Virus record (IMG/VR): IMGVR_UViG_3300043411_002784
Strand: one strand, 5' to 3'
Source of the DNA: a virus
Taxonomy: Duplodnaviria > Heunggongvirae > Uroviricota > Caudoviricetes
Length of the DNA: 64,000 nt
Of the stretch, positions 1 through 8,770 are shown one piece after another. Each line of letters opens with the position of its first letter. Position 1 is the first letter of the stretch. Under the pieces are notes generated by a model. That model ran no database searches, was not told the DNA's origin, and saw only the letters and a program-made list of their open reading frames with translations. The position numbers were made by a program, and so were the translations under genes.

Positions 1-5
1 TGACC

Positions 6-599
6 GTGCTGATCGAGGCCTACGGGACCGAGGCGGTGGCCTGGGCGCCCGAGACGATCATGATGGAGCTGCAGGACGACTTCAACGTCCAGCTGCCCAA
101 AGTGAACATGGATAAGCTCGTCGTCGGCATTTCCCTGCTGACGTCGGACGACTTTTACCGCCGGCCGTCACGCTTCGTGCAGATGTGCAACGTGCTGGCC
201 GGCTCGGAGCTCTCCGCGTCGTTCGACCGCGCCGACGCGACCGAATGCGCGTGGGGCATGACCGAAGCGATGCTCCTGGCTCCGCCCGAGCCGGACGACG
301 ACGAGCCCTTCAGCAACGAGATCCGGGCCTACGTCGGCCAGGTCCTCGCCGAGGAGGGCATTCACAATCCGCCCGATCTGCTGAAGATCGGCGTCCTGCC
401 GCAGCAACACGCGGCCAGCGGTCTCGATGCGGAAGATCCCGAGATGTTCGCCGCTCAATACGGCATTCGGGCGGATCGTTCCGCAGAAATCAAAGAGATG
501 CTGGAAGACAACGTGCAGGAGATGCTACAACAGTTGGCGACGTTCAGCGGTTCGACCAAGGACGAGTTGCTTAAACGCATGCGGCAAGGAGCCGCCTAA
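6..599 (+). CDS. hypothetical protein (GTG start at window edge; may continue upstream)
   Basis: 197-aa ORF with coding-like third-position GC bias; acidic; no recognisable motif. Confidence 0.45.
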   Translation: MLIEAYGTEAVAWAPETIMMELQDDFNVQLPKVNMDKLVVGISLLTSDDFYRRPSRFVQMCNVLAGSELSASFDRADATECAWGMTEAMLLAPPEPDDDEPFSNEIRAYVGQVLAEEGIHNPPDLLKIGVLPQQHAASGLDAEDPEMFAAQYGIRADRSAEIKEMLEDNVQEMLQQLATFSGSTKDELLKRMRQGAA

Positions 600-619
600 C
601 GATTATCACGTGATAATCG
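600..619. repeat. perfect 20-bp palindrome CGATTATCACGTGATAATCG; clearest copy of the recurrent TTATCACGTGATAA element
   Basis: sequence reads identically on both strands; AT-rich island in GC-rich DNA; directly follows the stop at 599 and precedes the terminator at 631. Confidence 0.75.
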
Positions 620-630
620 TTTCCCCAGAG

Positions 631-654
631 CCCGGCGACGTCGCCGGGTTTTTT
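631..654 (+). terminator. intrinsic terminator
   Basis: CCCGGCGAC/GTCGCCGGG perfect 9-bp GC stem followed by TTTTTT; downstream of the ORF ending at 599. Confidence 0.7.
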
Positions 655-683
655 CGTGCGCCGTCTTCACCGAGGAATCACGT

Positions 684-1139
684 ATGCCTGACTTTATCGA
701 CGTAACGGACAAGCTACGCGCCCGCCTGGAGGCTTGTCTGGAGACGCTTGACGGCCTCGTCGCCAGCGGCGAGCGCTTTCGCCAGACCGACATGGAGGCC
801 GTGCGAGCCGTCTGCGATCCGACGCTCCAGGAGTGCTACGCCGCGCTGGCGCTGGGAGAGCGCCAGCGAAACGGGTCGCACAACTCGCTGCGGATCAACG
901 GCTATCTGGCCACGGGCGAACTGACCGCCGATCCGCCGCCGGCGACGTTCAACGAGCTGTACGAGGCGGCGGGCAATCTGCTCGACCGCGTCGAATCGCA
1001 CGACATCCTCGGCAACATCGTCTTTCTGGCCGAAGACGGCAAGTGGTACCAGCTGTCGACGGAAGCCGTCGTCATGGAGCTGAGCGACGAAGACGTCGAA
1101 GCGCTCCGGAACGAAACTGAAGCCGCTCTCAGCGGCTGA
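684..1139 (+). CDS. hypothetical protein
   Basis: 151-aa ORF; GAGGAA ribosome-binding site 8 nt upstream of the ATG; acidic. Confidence 0.5.
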   Translation: MPDFIDVTDKLRARLEACLETLDGLVASGERFRQTDMEAVRAVCDPTLQECYAALALGERQRNGSHNSLRINGYLATGELTADPPPATFNELYEAAGNLLDRVESHDILGNIVFLAEDGKWYQLSTEAVVMELSDEDVEALRNETEAALSG

Positions 1140-1207
1140 TCTGCTTGTCTCTCGACAAGGCTGCGAATCGTTTTCACTCACACGCACCGGTTTATTAGGA
1201 ATTCCGT

Positions 1208-1960
1208 ATGAGCACCAAATCCAAGAAGCCCTCGAAGTCCGTCCCGGCTCGCGTCGACGAGGCCATCCGCGCCGCGACGCCCAACGCGTTGATCGTGCCG
1301 ACGACGCCGTCGGCCTTCGGCTCGCCCTTGCCCATGACGGGCGGCGTCGAACTCGACATGAAGGTGACCGCCTCGTGCGTCGCCGACGTCATGATCAGCG
1401 ATCTCGAAGATTCGCTGCTCGGCCTCAAGCAGGACATCGACGTCACGCTGCGTTCGCTGAAGAGCGACGAAGCCAAAATCAAGAAGACGTTGGAGGACGA
1501 GGCGAAGAAGCAAGCCGAGGGCTACACGAACAAGGCGACCAAAGCCTTGGCCGCGGCGCTGGGCGACTTCCTGGGCACGACCTACGTCGCCAAGACGGAA
1601 GCGGCGGGCCTCGACGTCGAAAGGGCCGTCGTCTCGGCGAAGGTCACCTTGATCGCCAAGAGCGACGTCGGCAAGGACAAGTATCGTCTCGAATTCGAGA
1701 CGGTCGACCGCACGTTCGAGATCCCCGTCAACGCGGCGATCAAGACGAGCCTCGCCCAGCTTGAAGTCTTGACGAATCAAATCGCCGAGCAGAATCGCCA
1801 GGCCGACGAAATCCGTCGTCGTCTCGCCGATCTGCCGCGTTACGCTCGCAAGGCCCGCGCCGAAATGACGCGCTTGACCTTGAGCGGGCAACAACTCACT
1901 GGACCGCTGCTGTTGGCGGCCATCGACGGCATCTCCCAGAAGGCTCTCCCCCCCAAGTAA
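1208..1960 (+). CDS. hypothetical coiled-coil protein (possible scaffold-like)
   Basis: 250-aa ORF; Lys/Glu/Ala-rich heptad-like segments; ATG preceded by AGGAAT; its stop overlaps the next start (TAATG). Confidence 0.5.
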   Translation: MSTKSKKPSKSVPARVDEAIRAATPNALIVPTTPSAFGSPLPMTGGVELDMKVTASCVADVMISDLEDSLLGLKQDIDVTLRSLKSDEAKIKKTLEDEAKKQAEGYTNKATKALAAALGDFLGTTYVAKTEAAGLDVERAVVSAKVTLIAKSDVGKDKYRLEFETVDRTFEIPVNAAIKTSLAQLEVLTNQIAEQNRQADEIRRRLADLPRYARKARAEMTRLTLSGQQLTGPLLLAAIDGISQKALPPK

Positions 1961-3186
1961 TGTCCGACTTCGTCATCACCCACCGCGCCGGCCAGCAAGC
2001 CGAGGCCGATCCCTCGTGCGATCTGGCCGGCGCGGTTTTGACTTATCCGAAGCGTCCGAACGACGACCCTGACGGTCCGCCGTTCTACCGCCTCATCTCC
2101 CTCGCTGAGATGGACCGCCACATCGAGCTTGGGGACGAGATCATTTACGGCACCGAGCAGGAGACCATCGAGGCCGAACTGCTGCGTCGCCACCCGGCTC
2201 CGGCAGGCACGTCGTACCTGCTGTTCCAAGAAGGTTACGCGACGCCGCGCGAGCAGGATCAAATCGAACGCGGTACCAGCTACCGTCGACGTCGTCGCGG
2301 CTGGAATCACCCGCCGGACCCGAACGCCCTGCCGGACGGCTGGCTTTTGCTGCCGCGGCCCTACGTCGACGCCCGCGACCTCGACGTGATTCGCGACTAC
2401 GTCAACACCCTGGGCCCGGTTTACATCCCGGCGCTGAGTGAAGGCGAGTTTCGTCGTTGGCGCGAGGAAGGCTTCGTCACGTCGCCGCGACATCCGTCGC
2501 TGTGGCAGGCGAACTACAGCCCGCGGTCCATCAGCGCCAAAGAATTCCGCGAACGGCAGAAGCATTACGACGAGCGGATGAAGGGCTACTTCCCTTGTCC
2601 CGAGATGAACGCGATCTTCACCGCCGTCGCGGACATCCCTGATTCGAAGTACAGCAAGCAAGTTAAGCTGCAACACAGCGGTCGCAGCTGGGACGACAAA
2701 CCGCACCCCAATCGTTACGGCGGCAAAACGAGCGACGACCGCGTGCATTGCATTGATCGCTGCGCCAAGAGGGCTCAGGACATTCTGGAGGCCGAGCGCA
2801 CCGTCAAGCGGCTCTGTCCCGGCGAGACGGGCTGGTACCTGACGAAGTCGGAAACAGGCTATTCGGAGAACAGCAGCCTCGCCAAGGTCATCAGCTCGCT
2901 GTTGCCCTGGTTCCACGGCGTCGAGGCGCTCGCCTCGCGGCCGCACGACGAGCGGTACGTCAGCGGAATCTGGCTCGGCGACGACGACGCCAAGTCGCTC
3001 CGGGACTTCTGCAAGTGGCTGCGCCTGCAGATGCGTCGTTTGAAGATCAAGCTCCCGCCCAAGCCGCAGCCGCCCGTCAAGCCGTCGGCTAAGAAGCCGT
3101 CGACGGCGAAACGACGCACAGGGGCGTCGAAAGGAAGTGGAGCAAAGGCTCGCCGGTCACGAACGAAGTCAGCTGCGCCCGCTTGA
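1960..3186 (+). CDS. hypothetical protein with a basic Lys/Pro-rich C-terminal tail
   Basis: 408-aa ORF; C-terminus KLPPKPQPPVKPSAKKPSTAKRR... is histone-H1-like; 3' end overlaps a convergent gene by about 97 bp. Confidence 0.5.
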   Translation: MSDFVITHRAGQQAEADPSCDLAGAVLTYPKRPNDDPDGPPFYRLISLAEMDRHIELGDEIIYGTEQETIEAELLRRHPAPAGTSYLLFQEGYATPREQDQIERGTSYRRRRRGWNHPPDPNALPDGWLLLPRPYVDARDLDVIRDYVNTLGPVYIPALSEGEFRRWREEGFVTSPRHPSLWQANYSPRSISAKEFRERQKHYDERMKGYFPCPEMNAIFTAVADIPDSKYSKQVKLQHSGRSWDDKPHPNRYGGKTSDDRVHCIDRCAKRAQDILEAERTVKRLCPGETGWYLTKSETGYSENSSLAKVISSLLPWFHGVEALASRPHDERYVSGIWLGDDDAKSLRDFCKWLRLQMRRLKIKLPPKPQPPVKPSAKKPSTAKRRTGASKGSGAKARRSRTKSAAPA

Positions 3187-3658
3187 CCTGCAGACCGTAC
3201 TCGCGGAGGCGGGTGCGGGTGCGCGCGGTGAACAGCTTGTTAAACGCCGCCCGGTCGAGCTGAATGTCGTCGAACGTCTTGGACGTCAGCAGACTGCAGA
3301 GCACGGCGGTCGCCTCGTCGTCGAGCGACACGTCCACGTTGTAGGCTTCGACGGCGGCGAGGATCACCTCCTCGTCGCTGTCGCCTACCGTGTACGCGAC
3401 GATCGCCTTAGCCTGGACGGGCTTGCCGTCCTTCGTCACGACGTCTTGCGTCGTCAGCGGCACGACCTGCCGCTTGACGGGGATGTCGACGACGCTGGTC
3501 ATCCATGGCCAATACCAGTACGTGCCCTCCCGCAGCACGATCGCTTCGGTCATGTTGCGGAACTTGACGACGCGGTGCGTCGGCGGCACCTTGAGTCGCA
3601 GCGGCACCAAGTCGCCGACTTGCTTGATCAAGTTAGTCAGCCAGGCGAGCCATTCCAT
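3089..3658 (-). CDS. SPFH/band-7 (stomatin/prohibitin-like) domain protein
   Basis: VPPTHRVVKFRNMTEAIVLREGTYWYWPW...VPLTTQDVVTKDGKPVQAKAIVAYTV matches the SPFH beta-sheet core; GAGGGAG ribosome-binding site; 4 bp downstream of the phosphoesterase gene. Confidence 0.55.
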   Translation of the reverse strand: MEWLAWLTNLIKQVGDLVPLRLKVPPTHRVVKFRNMTEAIVLREGTYWYWPWMTSVVDIPVKRQVVPLTTQDVVTKDGKPVQAKAIVAYTVGDSDEEVILAAVEAYNVDVSLDDEATAVLCSLLTSKTFDDIQLDRAAFNKLFTARTRTRLREYGLQVKRAQLTSFVTGEPLLHFLSTPLCVVSPSTAS

Positions 3659-3661
3659 CGC

Positions 3662-5107
3662 TTACTCCCTCGCATTGACGGAGAAGTGTCCCACGTATCC
3701 TTCCGACTTCGACCAGAGGTACGCCTCGGCCGCGCGACGGGAGAAGTAGCCTGATTCGTAGTGCCAGTTGTCGAGTCCGCTGAGGCTCGACAAGACGCGA
3801 ATGATGACGCCGTCGACTTCTTCGACCGGCAGCATCTCGCGCTTCTGCTTGGTGTGCAGATGACCGACGTGCCACTCATGGTGCGTCGTGCGGGCCCAGG
3901 CTTGGGCCTGCTCCGTTGCCATGAGGTTCGGTAAAGTGGACCATTTACTCTTCTCTGTATCGGCGTGACCAAGACCGAGCAGCACCGTGCCGTACTCGTA
4001 ATACTTCCGCTTGCGAAAAACGCTGTCGACCGTGACCCGCTTGGTCGTGCGGTACCAGGCGTCGAGTTCGCGGGCGATGTGATACGAGACGTGCTTGTCG
4101 TGATTGCCGGGCACGTAGATGACGTCGACCGGAGCGCGGAGGATCAGCTGGTCGAGCGTTTCGACCAGGGCTCCGAAAGCCACCTCCACGATTTTGGCGT
4201 ACCTGCCGTCGTAATCGACGTGAGTTCCGGCCGTCGTGGTACCACCGGTATTATCGATATGCAATAGATCTTGTCCGATTGGGAACAAGAACCGATCGAT
4301 CGGACGATCGCCCGCGCGTGCAAGCAGATCCTGCACGGCGTTGTGGAAGACGTGCTTCGCGATCTCCAGGTCGTAGTTCTGCCCCGTCTCGACGGCCCAG
4401 CAGAGCTTGCCGAAGTGCTGATCGAACAGCGAGATCTCGTAGAGCAGATCGCTCGGGACCTTGGGCAGCGGAGCGAGCTTGTACTTGGGAGCGTGCTTCA
4501 ACGAACGGACGTGGATCTCGTCGAGCGCGTCGAGGAGCCACTTCTGAGCGCGAGGCACGACGGTGACGGAGACGAGCCAGATCACCTCGCGGTGCGGCGT
4601 CTCTTCCTGCGTCGAGACGGCTTGCCGAGTGTTCTTCCGCTGCTTGCCTTTGGCGTCGACGTCGACGTCGGTCAGCGTGACGACGCGCTGACCCTTGTTC
4701 AACTTCATCGGGACGACGTACTGCTTGACCTGGGCCTGCTTGATCGACCATTTGTCGAGGTCGACCTTCGCCTTGGCCAGGGCGTCGTCGACGGTCTGCA
4801 CTTCGTCGCCCAGCGACCAGATCTTCGTCTCTTTGTTGCCGTGCGTGACCTCGAAGCCTTTCTGCAGATGCGCCGGCAGCGGCTCGCGCATCTCTTTGGG
4901 GAGGTTCGGATCGAAGAGGCCGCGACGCGGCGTGACCTTGTTCGGCCGTATGCCGTAGACCGTGTCGGCCGTGTGCAGCCGATCGCGAAGGGTCGTGCGA
5001 CGCAGGCCCAAAGCCCGGGACGCTTCGGTGACTGATCCGCCATGCGCGTTGACGGCGGTTACGGCCGCCTGCGCATCTTTCCTGGTGAGACGGCTGTTCG
5101 CACCCAT
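3662..5107 (-). CDS. metallophosphoesterase (calcineurin-like) with an N-terminal HTH domain
   Basis: N-terminus GGSVTEASRALGLRRTTLRDRL is a Fis/resolvase-type HTH; C-terminal half carries the GNHD and GHLH metallophosphatase motifs. Confidence 0.6.
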   Translation of the reverse strand: MGANSRLTRKDAQAAVTAVNAHGGSVTEASRALGLRRTTLRDRLHTADTVYGIRPNKVTPRRGLFDPNLPKEMREPLPAHLQKGFEVTHGNKETKIWSLGDEVQTVDDALAKAKVDLDKWSIKQAQVKQYVVPMKLNKGQRVVTLTDVDVDAKGKQRKNTRQAVSTQEETPHREVIWLVSVTVVPRAQKWLLDALDEIHVRSLKHAPKYKLAPLPKVPSDLLYEISLFDQHFGKLCWAVETGQNYDLEIAKHVFHNAVQDLLARAGDRPIDRFLFPIGQDLLHIDNTGGTTTAGTHVDYDGRYAKIVEVAFGALVETLDQLILRAPVDVIYVPGNHDKHVSYHIARELDAWYRTTKRVTVDSVFRKRKYYEYGTVLLGLGHADTEKSKWSTLPNLMATEQAQAWARTTHHEWHVGHLHTKQKREMLPVEEVDGVIIRVLSSLSGLDNWHYESGYFSRRAAEAYLWSKSEGYVGHFSVNARE

Positions 5108-5218
5108 GAAGTAGCCTCCGTGCTGCGGCTGATTTCAGCATTCCTTGCTGACGAATTCATCATACCCGACCGACTTCTCCGATCCCTAGGCAGGGAACAG
5201 GAAGTCTCTTCTGGGTTC

Positions 5219-5228
5219 TGCTAGCAAT
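5219..5228. repeat. TGCTAGCAAT palindrome-containing box in the divergent promoter region; second copy at 63532-63541
   Basis: TGCTAGCA palindrome 4 bp upstream of the ATG at 5232; the same 10-mer sits between divergent genes at the right end. Confidence 0.35.
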
Positions 5229-5231
5229 CAA

Positions 5232-5984
5232 ATGATTCAACCAGGTAATACCAAGCTAGGTCCGCGCGTGTGGACTTGGAGTCTGCCTGCCGTAGCGACC
5301 TGTCCCGGAGCCTCGGAAGGCTGCCTGGCCGTCTGTTACGCAAGAAAAGGCCGCTACGTCTTCAAAAACGTAAAAGAAGCCTACACCGCTAATTGGAAAT
5401 CAGCCGAAGAGCCTGCGTTCGCTCCTTGGATGCTGGCCACGTTGCGGGCGAACTGCGTCGACGTCTTGCGCGTCCACGCTAGCGGCGATCTGTATAGCAA
5501 CGATTACATCCAGAACTGGATAACGATTGCCAACAAATCGGTCCGGACTGAGTTTTACGCGTACACCCGCAGCTGGCAGGTGCCGGAGCTGCGGGCCGCT
5601 ATCCGCCGCCTCGGGCGGTTGGAAAATTTCACGTTGTTTCTGAGCACTGATCGCACGATGCCCAAACCGCCTCGCTGGAAGGGCATACCGATCTGTTACT
5701 TGTCCGCCGACGATAGCGATCAGCCGCGTATGCCGGTCGATCTCGTGTTTCGGGCAAAACAAAGCACAGTGATGAAGCGGACCAGCAACGGTTCGTTGGT
5801 CTGTTGTTACGATAACGGCGTCACGCCGGTGACCTGTTCTCAATGCCAGCTCTGCTGGGCCAAACGCTTACCGAAGAACAAACATGAGCAAACCACAACC
5901 ACTCGTCAGGTACGTGAACATACCGGGCTATCCGGGTTACATGGCCGGGGACGACGGAACGATCTGGAGCTGTTACCAGTTTAA
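5232..5984 (+). CDS. hypothetical protein, possibly GP88-like phage protein
   Basis: 250-aa ORF with TCPG...CYA and HASGD motifs reminiscent of the phage GP88 family; recalled from memory, not verified. Confidence 0.4.
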   Translation: MIQPGNTKLGPRVWTWSLPAVATCPGASEGCLAVCYARKGRYVFKNVKEAYTANWKSAEEPAFAPWMLATLRANCVDVLRVHASGDLYSNDYIQNWITIANKSVRTEFYAYTRSWQVPELRAAIRRLGRLENFTLFLSTDRTMPKPPRWKGIPICYLSADDSDQPRMPVDLVFRAKQSTVMKRTSNGSLVCCYDNGVTPVTCSQCQLCWAKRLPKNKHEQTTTTRQVREHTGLSGLHGRGRRNDLELLPV

Positions 5985-6477
5985 GGGCATCAAGCAAGGT
6001 TGGGTGCGCACTACTGAAAGGCGACGTCAACTCAAAACTCAGCCGCAAGAGGGCGGCCATCTCAAAGTGACCTTGGCCACGGCGAGAGGCCGGCAGCACC
6101 GCTATGTGCACACGCTCGTGCTGCTGGCTTTCGTTGGGCCTCGCCCGGCCGGGCAGCAAGGACGCCATAAGGATGGCGTTCCTACTCACAATTGGCCCGA
6201 CAATCTTTGCTGGGGCACGCGCCAGGAAAATTCAGACGACCGGACTGCGCACGGGCGTGTGCCTAAAGGCGAGTCTAACGGAAAGTCTAAGATCACGTCA
6301 TCTATCGCTTTAGCCATCGTGTCGCGACGTCGAAACGGCGAAGCCGCGACGGCGATTGCCGCTAGCTACGGCGTCGATAAGCAAGTCGTTTACGGCGTGA
6401 CGCGCGGCCGTACTTGGAGCCATGTTACCGGCATCCCGAAACAATCAGACCAGACAACCAAACTGCGAACAATTTGA
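5884..6477 (+). CDS. HNH homing endonuclease (NUMOD4 + HNH_3 + C-terminal HTH)
   Basis: YVNIPGYPGYMAGDDGTIWS is a NUMOD4 motif; HKDGVPTHNWPDNLCWGTRQEN is an HNH_3 motif; C-terminal sigma-region-4-like HTH; overlaps the upstream ORF by about 100 bp. Confidence 0.8.
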   Translation: MSKPQPLVRYVNIPGYPGYMAGDDGTIWSCYQFKGIKQGWVRTTERRRQLKTQPQEGGHLKVTLATARGRQHRYVHTLVLLAFVGPRPAGQQGRHKDGVPTHNWPDNLCWGTRQENSDDRTAHGRVPKGESNGKSKITSSIALAIVSRRRNGEAATAIAASYGVDKQVVYGVTRGRTWSHVTGIPKQSDQTTKLRTI

Positions 6478-6487
6478 ATTCAATCAG

Positions 6488-7072
6488 ATGGTCATCAACG
6501 AAACCGAGAAGCTGTTGCACCTACCCGGCGGCCTGCTGCTGCGCGTCGGGTTCGATCCTGAACCCGCGAACCCGCTGCAGGCAGACGATCCGGCCGGACG
6601 GGCCTACTGTTGGCACCGTCGCTACGATCTGGGCCACCAACCCAACCCGTACGCGCACCCGAGCGATCTGTACGAGGCGCTGTTCGAGCAGTTCGGCGTC
6701 AAGAACGTGCCCGAGCTGAAAGCCAAAGGCACGGTGATCGTCCCGTTGTACCTGTACGATCACAGCGGCCTGGCCATGTCGACGTACGAGTACAGCGATC
6801 CCTGGGACTCCGGCCAGGCCGGCGTCTGGGTCGTCCTGCCGGACGAAGTCCAGGCGGAGTTCGGCGGCGATCGCGACAAGGCTCGCGCCTACGTCGAGGC
6901 CGCCGTCGCCGAGTATTCCGAGTATCTCGGCGGACAGGTCTACTGCTACGAGATCCTCGACGCTTTGGGCGACGTGAAGCGTCGCGGCGAGAACTTCTAC
7001 GGTTCGAACTTCGTCGCCAACGGGCTCTATCAGGACGCCGGCTACGACCCGGCGTTCCCCGCGTCTAGTTAA
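6488..7072 (+). CDS. hypothetical protein
   Basis: ATG immediately after the HNH gene; the 216-aa ORF was trimmed to the first ATG that does not overlap. Confidence 0.45.
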   Translation: MVINETEKLLHLPGGLLLRVGFDPEPANPLQADDPAGRAYCWHRRYDLGHQPNPYAHPSDLYEALFEQFGVKNVPELKAKGTVIVPLYLYDHSGLAMSTYEYSDPWDSGQAGVWVVLPDEVQAEFGGDRDKARAYVEAAVAEYSEYLGGQVYCYEILDALGDVKRRGENFYGSNFVANGLYQDAGYDPAFPASS

Positions 7073-7091
7073 TTATCACAGGAGAATAATT
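7071..7091. repeat. TTATCAC element copy (AATTATCACAGGAGAATAATT), half-site variant
   Basis: AATTAT...ATAATT inverted arms; begins at the stop of the upstream gene and overlaps the ribosome-binding site of the GTG-start gene at 7093. Confidence 0.5.
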
Positions 7092-7092
7092 C

Positions 7093-7533
7093 GTGCAGTA
7101 CCTGTTCGAAGTCTACGAGACGAAGACGCTCAAGCGGCGGTACGTCGTCGAGGCTGACGACGAAGCCGAGGCCCGCAGCAAGGCCGCGGACGGCGAGACG
7201 CTTGCCGGCGGCGAAACGACGCTCTGCGAGGTAAGCGTCGTCGACCGGGAAGTCGGCGAGCTAGTCGATTGCGGCAGCGACGTCTCCAGACCGCAAACGA
7301 TCAACCTGGGCGTCCACGGCATCGTCCTGTCGCTGCACGATAGCAGCGGCACGATCATCTCCGACCTGCACACGCCGGACGACGATACGGAGGCTGGCGA
7401 CGGCTACAACGCGATGATCGACGGCATTGAGTCGATGATCTTAGCGCACGCCGTCGCCGGCGTCCCGGTTGATTCTCCCGCCTACTTGGAAGGGCTGGAG
7501 ACGGCGATCGCCGCCATCGCCAATCACGCTTAG
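7093..7533 (+). CDS. hypothetical acidic protein
   Basis: 146-aa ORF, GTG start preceded by AGGAG. Confidence 0.45.
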   Translation: MQYLFEVYETKTLKRRYVVEADDEAEARSKAADGETLAGGETTLCEVSVVDREVGELVDCGSDVSRPQTINLGVHGIVLSLHDSSGTIISDLHTPDDDTEAGDGYNAMIDGIESMILAHAVAGVPVDSPAYLEGLETAIAAIANHA

Positions 7534-8770
7534 CGACTGACGACGTGCGAACCGCGAACGCCCGTCGGTTCGTGCTTCAGTTCACGACCGCCCTGCTCGA
7601 ACGCGTAAAGCGCCGCCAACTGGCGACGCTCGCTCGCGCTCGGCTTGAACTCCGCCGCCTTGACGCTCGCCGGCTGTTCGCCGGCCGCTTTCATCAGCTG
7701 GTCGAACAGCTGAGCGTCGGGCAGCGGCAGGGTGCTGGCGACTTCGGCCATCTTGACCGGGTCGACCAACAGCCCTGTGGAGACTTCCTTGGCGAGCTCG
7801 TCGCCGAACGCCTCGCGGACGTTCGCCAGCGAGAGCTTGGAGAACTGCTCCTGCTGATAGATCGAGCCGGTCAGCATGTGGCAGGCCGACTTCACGAACT
7901 GCGAGGCGTACTTGATCGAGCCGGCGAACAGCACGTCCTCCGGGCGGCTAAGACCCTGGGCGTACTTCGTGGTGAGCAGGTAGGCCCGGTCGAACTGATC
8001 GATCGTCGCCGCCAGCTGCCGGGTCGTCGAAGGATCCTCGGCGAGCAGCGGATTCTCGTCGATTGCGGCGGCCAGCTTGCGCATCTGGGCCTTGGCCGTC
8101 GCGGGGATGTCCTGCAGGTTGGCGCGACCGCGGAGCAGCGCGGAGGCTTCGGCCGGATCGTAGGTGCCGCGACCCGCCTGCTTTTCCAGGGCGTAGTCGA
8201 TCGTCTCCTCGAAGGAGACGTTGAATTCGGCGGCCTTGTCGAGGATGGCGGTGGCCAGCTTGCAACGCTCGCCGAACGTGAAGCGATCGCGGTGCTGCAG
8301 GAGCCAGTTGGCCGCCTTCTGCACCTCGCCGCCGTTGCGCAGCGGGTAGCGGCGGTCTTTACTGCCGTCGCTACGCGTTTCTACAATGGCGAACGCCGAA
8401 TCGGGCAGCGACGACTCTTTCGTCTGTTGCTTCCGCTCCTGGCAAATGCGATCCGCGGCCATCACGTCCGCGGCGATGCCGAAGTCCTCGGCGAACTTGG
8501 TCAGCCGCTGGCGGACCACTTCGCGCTTCTGATCAGAAAGTTGATCGCCGTGTTCAAGGAAGAACAGCGACGAAACGTAGCAGGCGGCCTTCGTGTGGCA
8601 GGGAAACTGCCGCAACGCGTGGTCGGCGTACGCTGCGCTCGGCAACTCGGCCGGGGCCAACGTCTCTTCCGGCGACGCTTGCTTCGCATAGGCGGGCAGG
8701 CCGTACGTCTTCGCCAAGCGGTCGATGATCTGAAAGTTGACGTCCCCTGTCGAATCGAGCTTGAGCGACA
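7530..8770 (-). CDS. hypothetical protein
   Basis: long minus-strand ORF; chose the MSLKLDS start at 8770 because upstream extensions overlap the plus-strand gene; convergent 4-bp overlap with 7093..7533. Confidence 0.5.
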
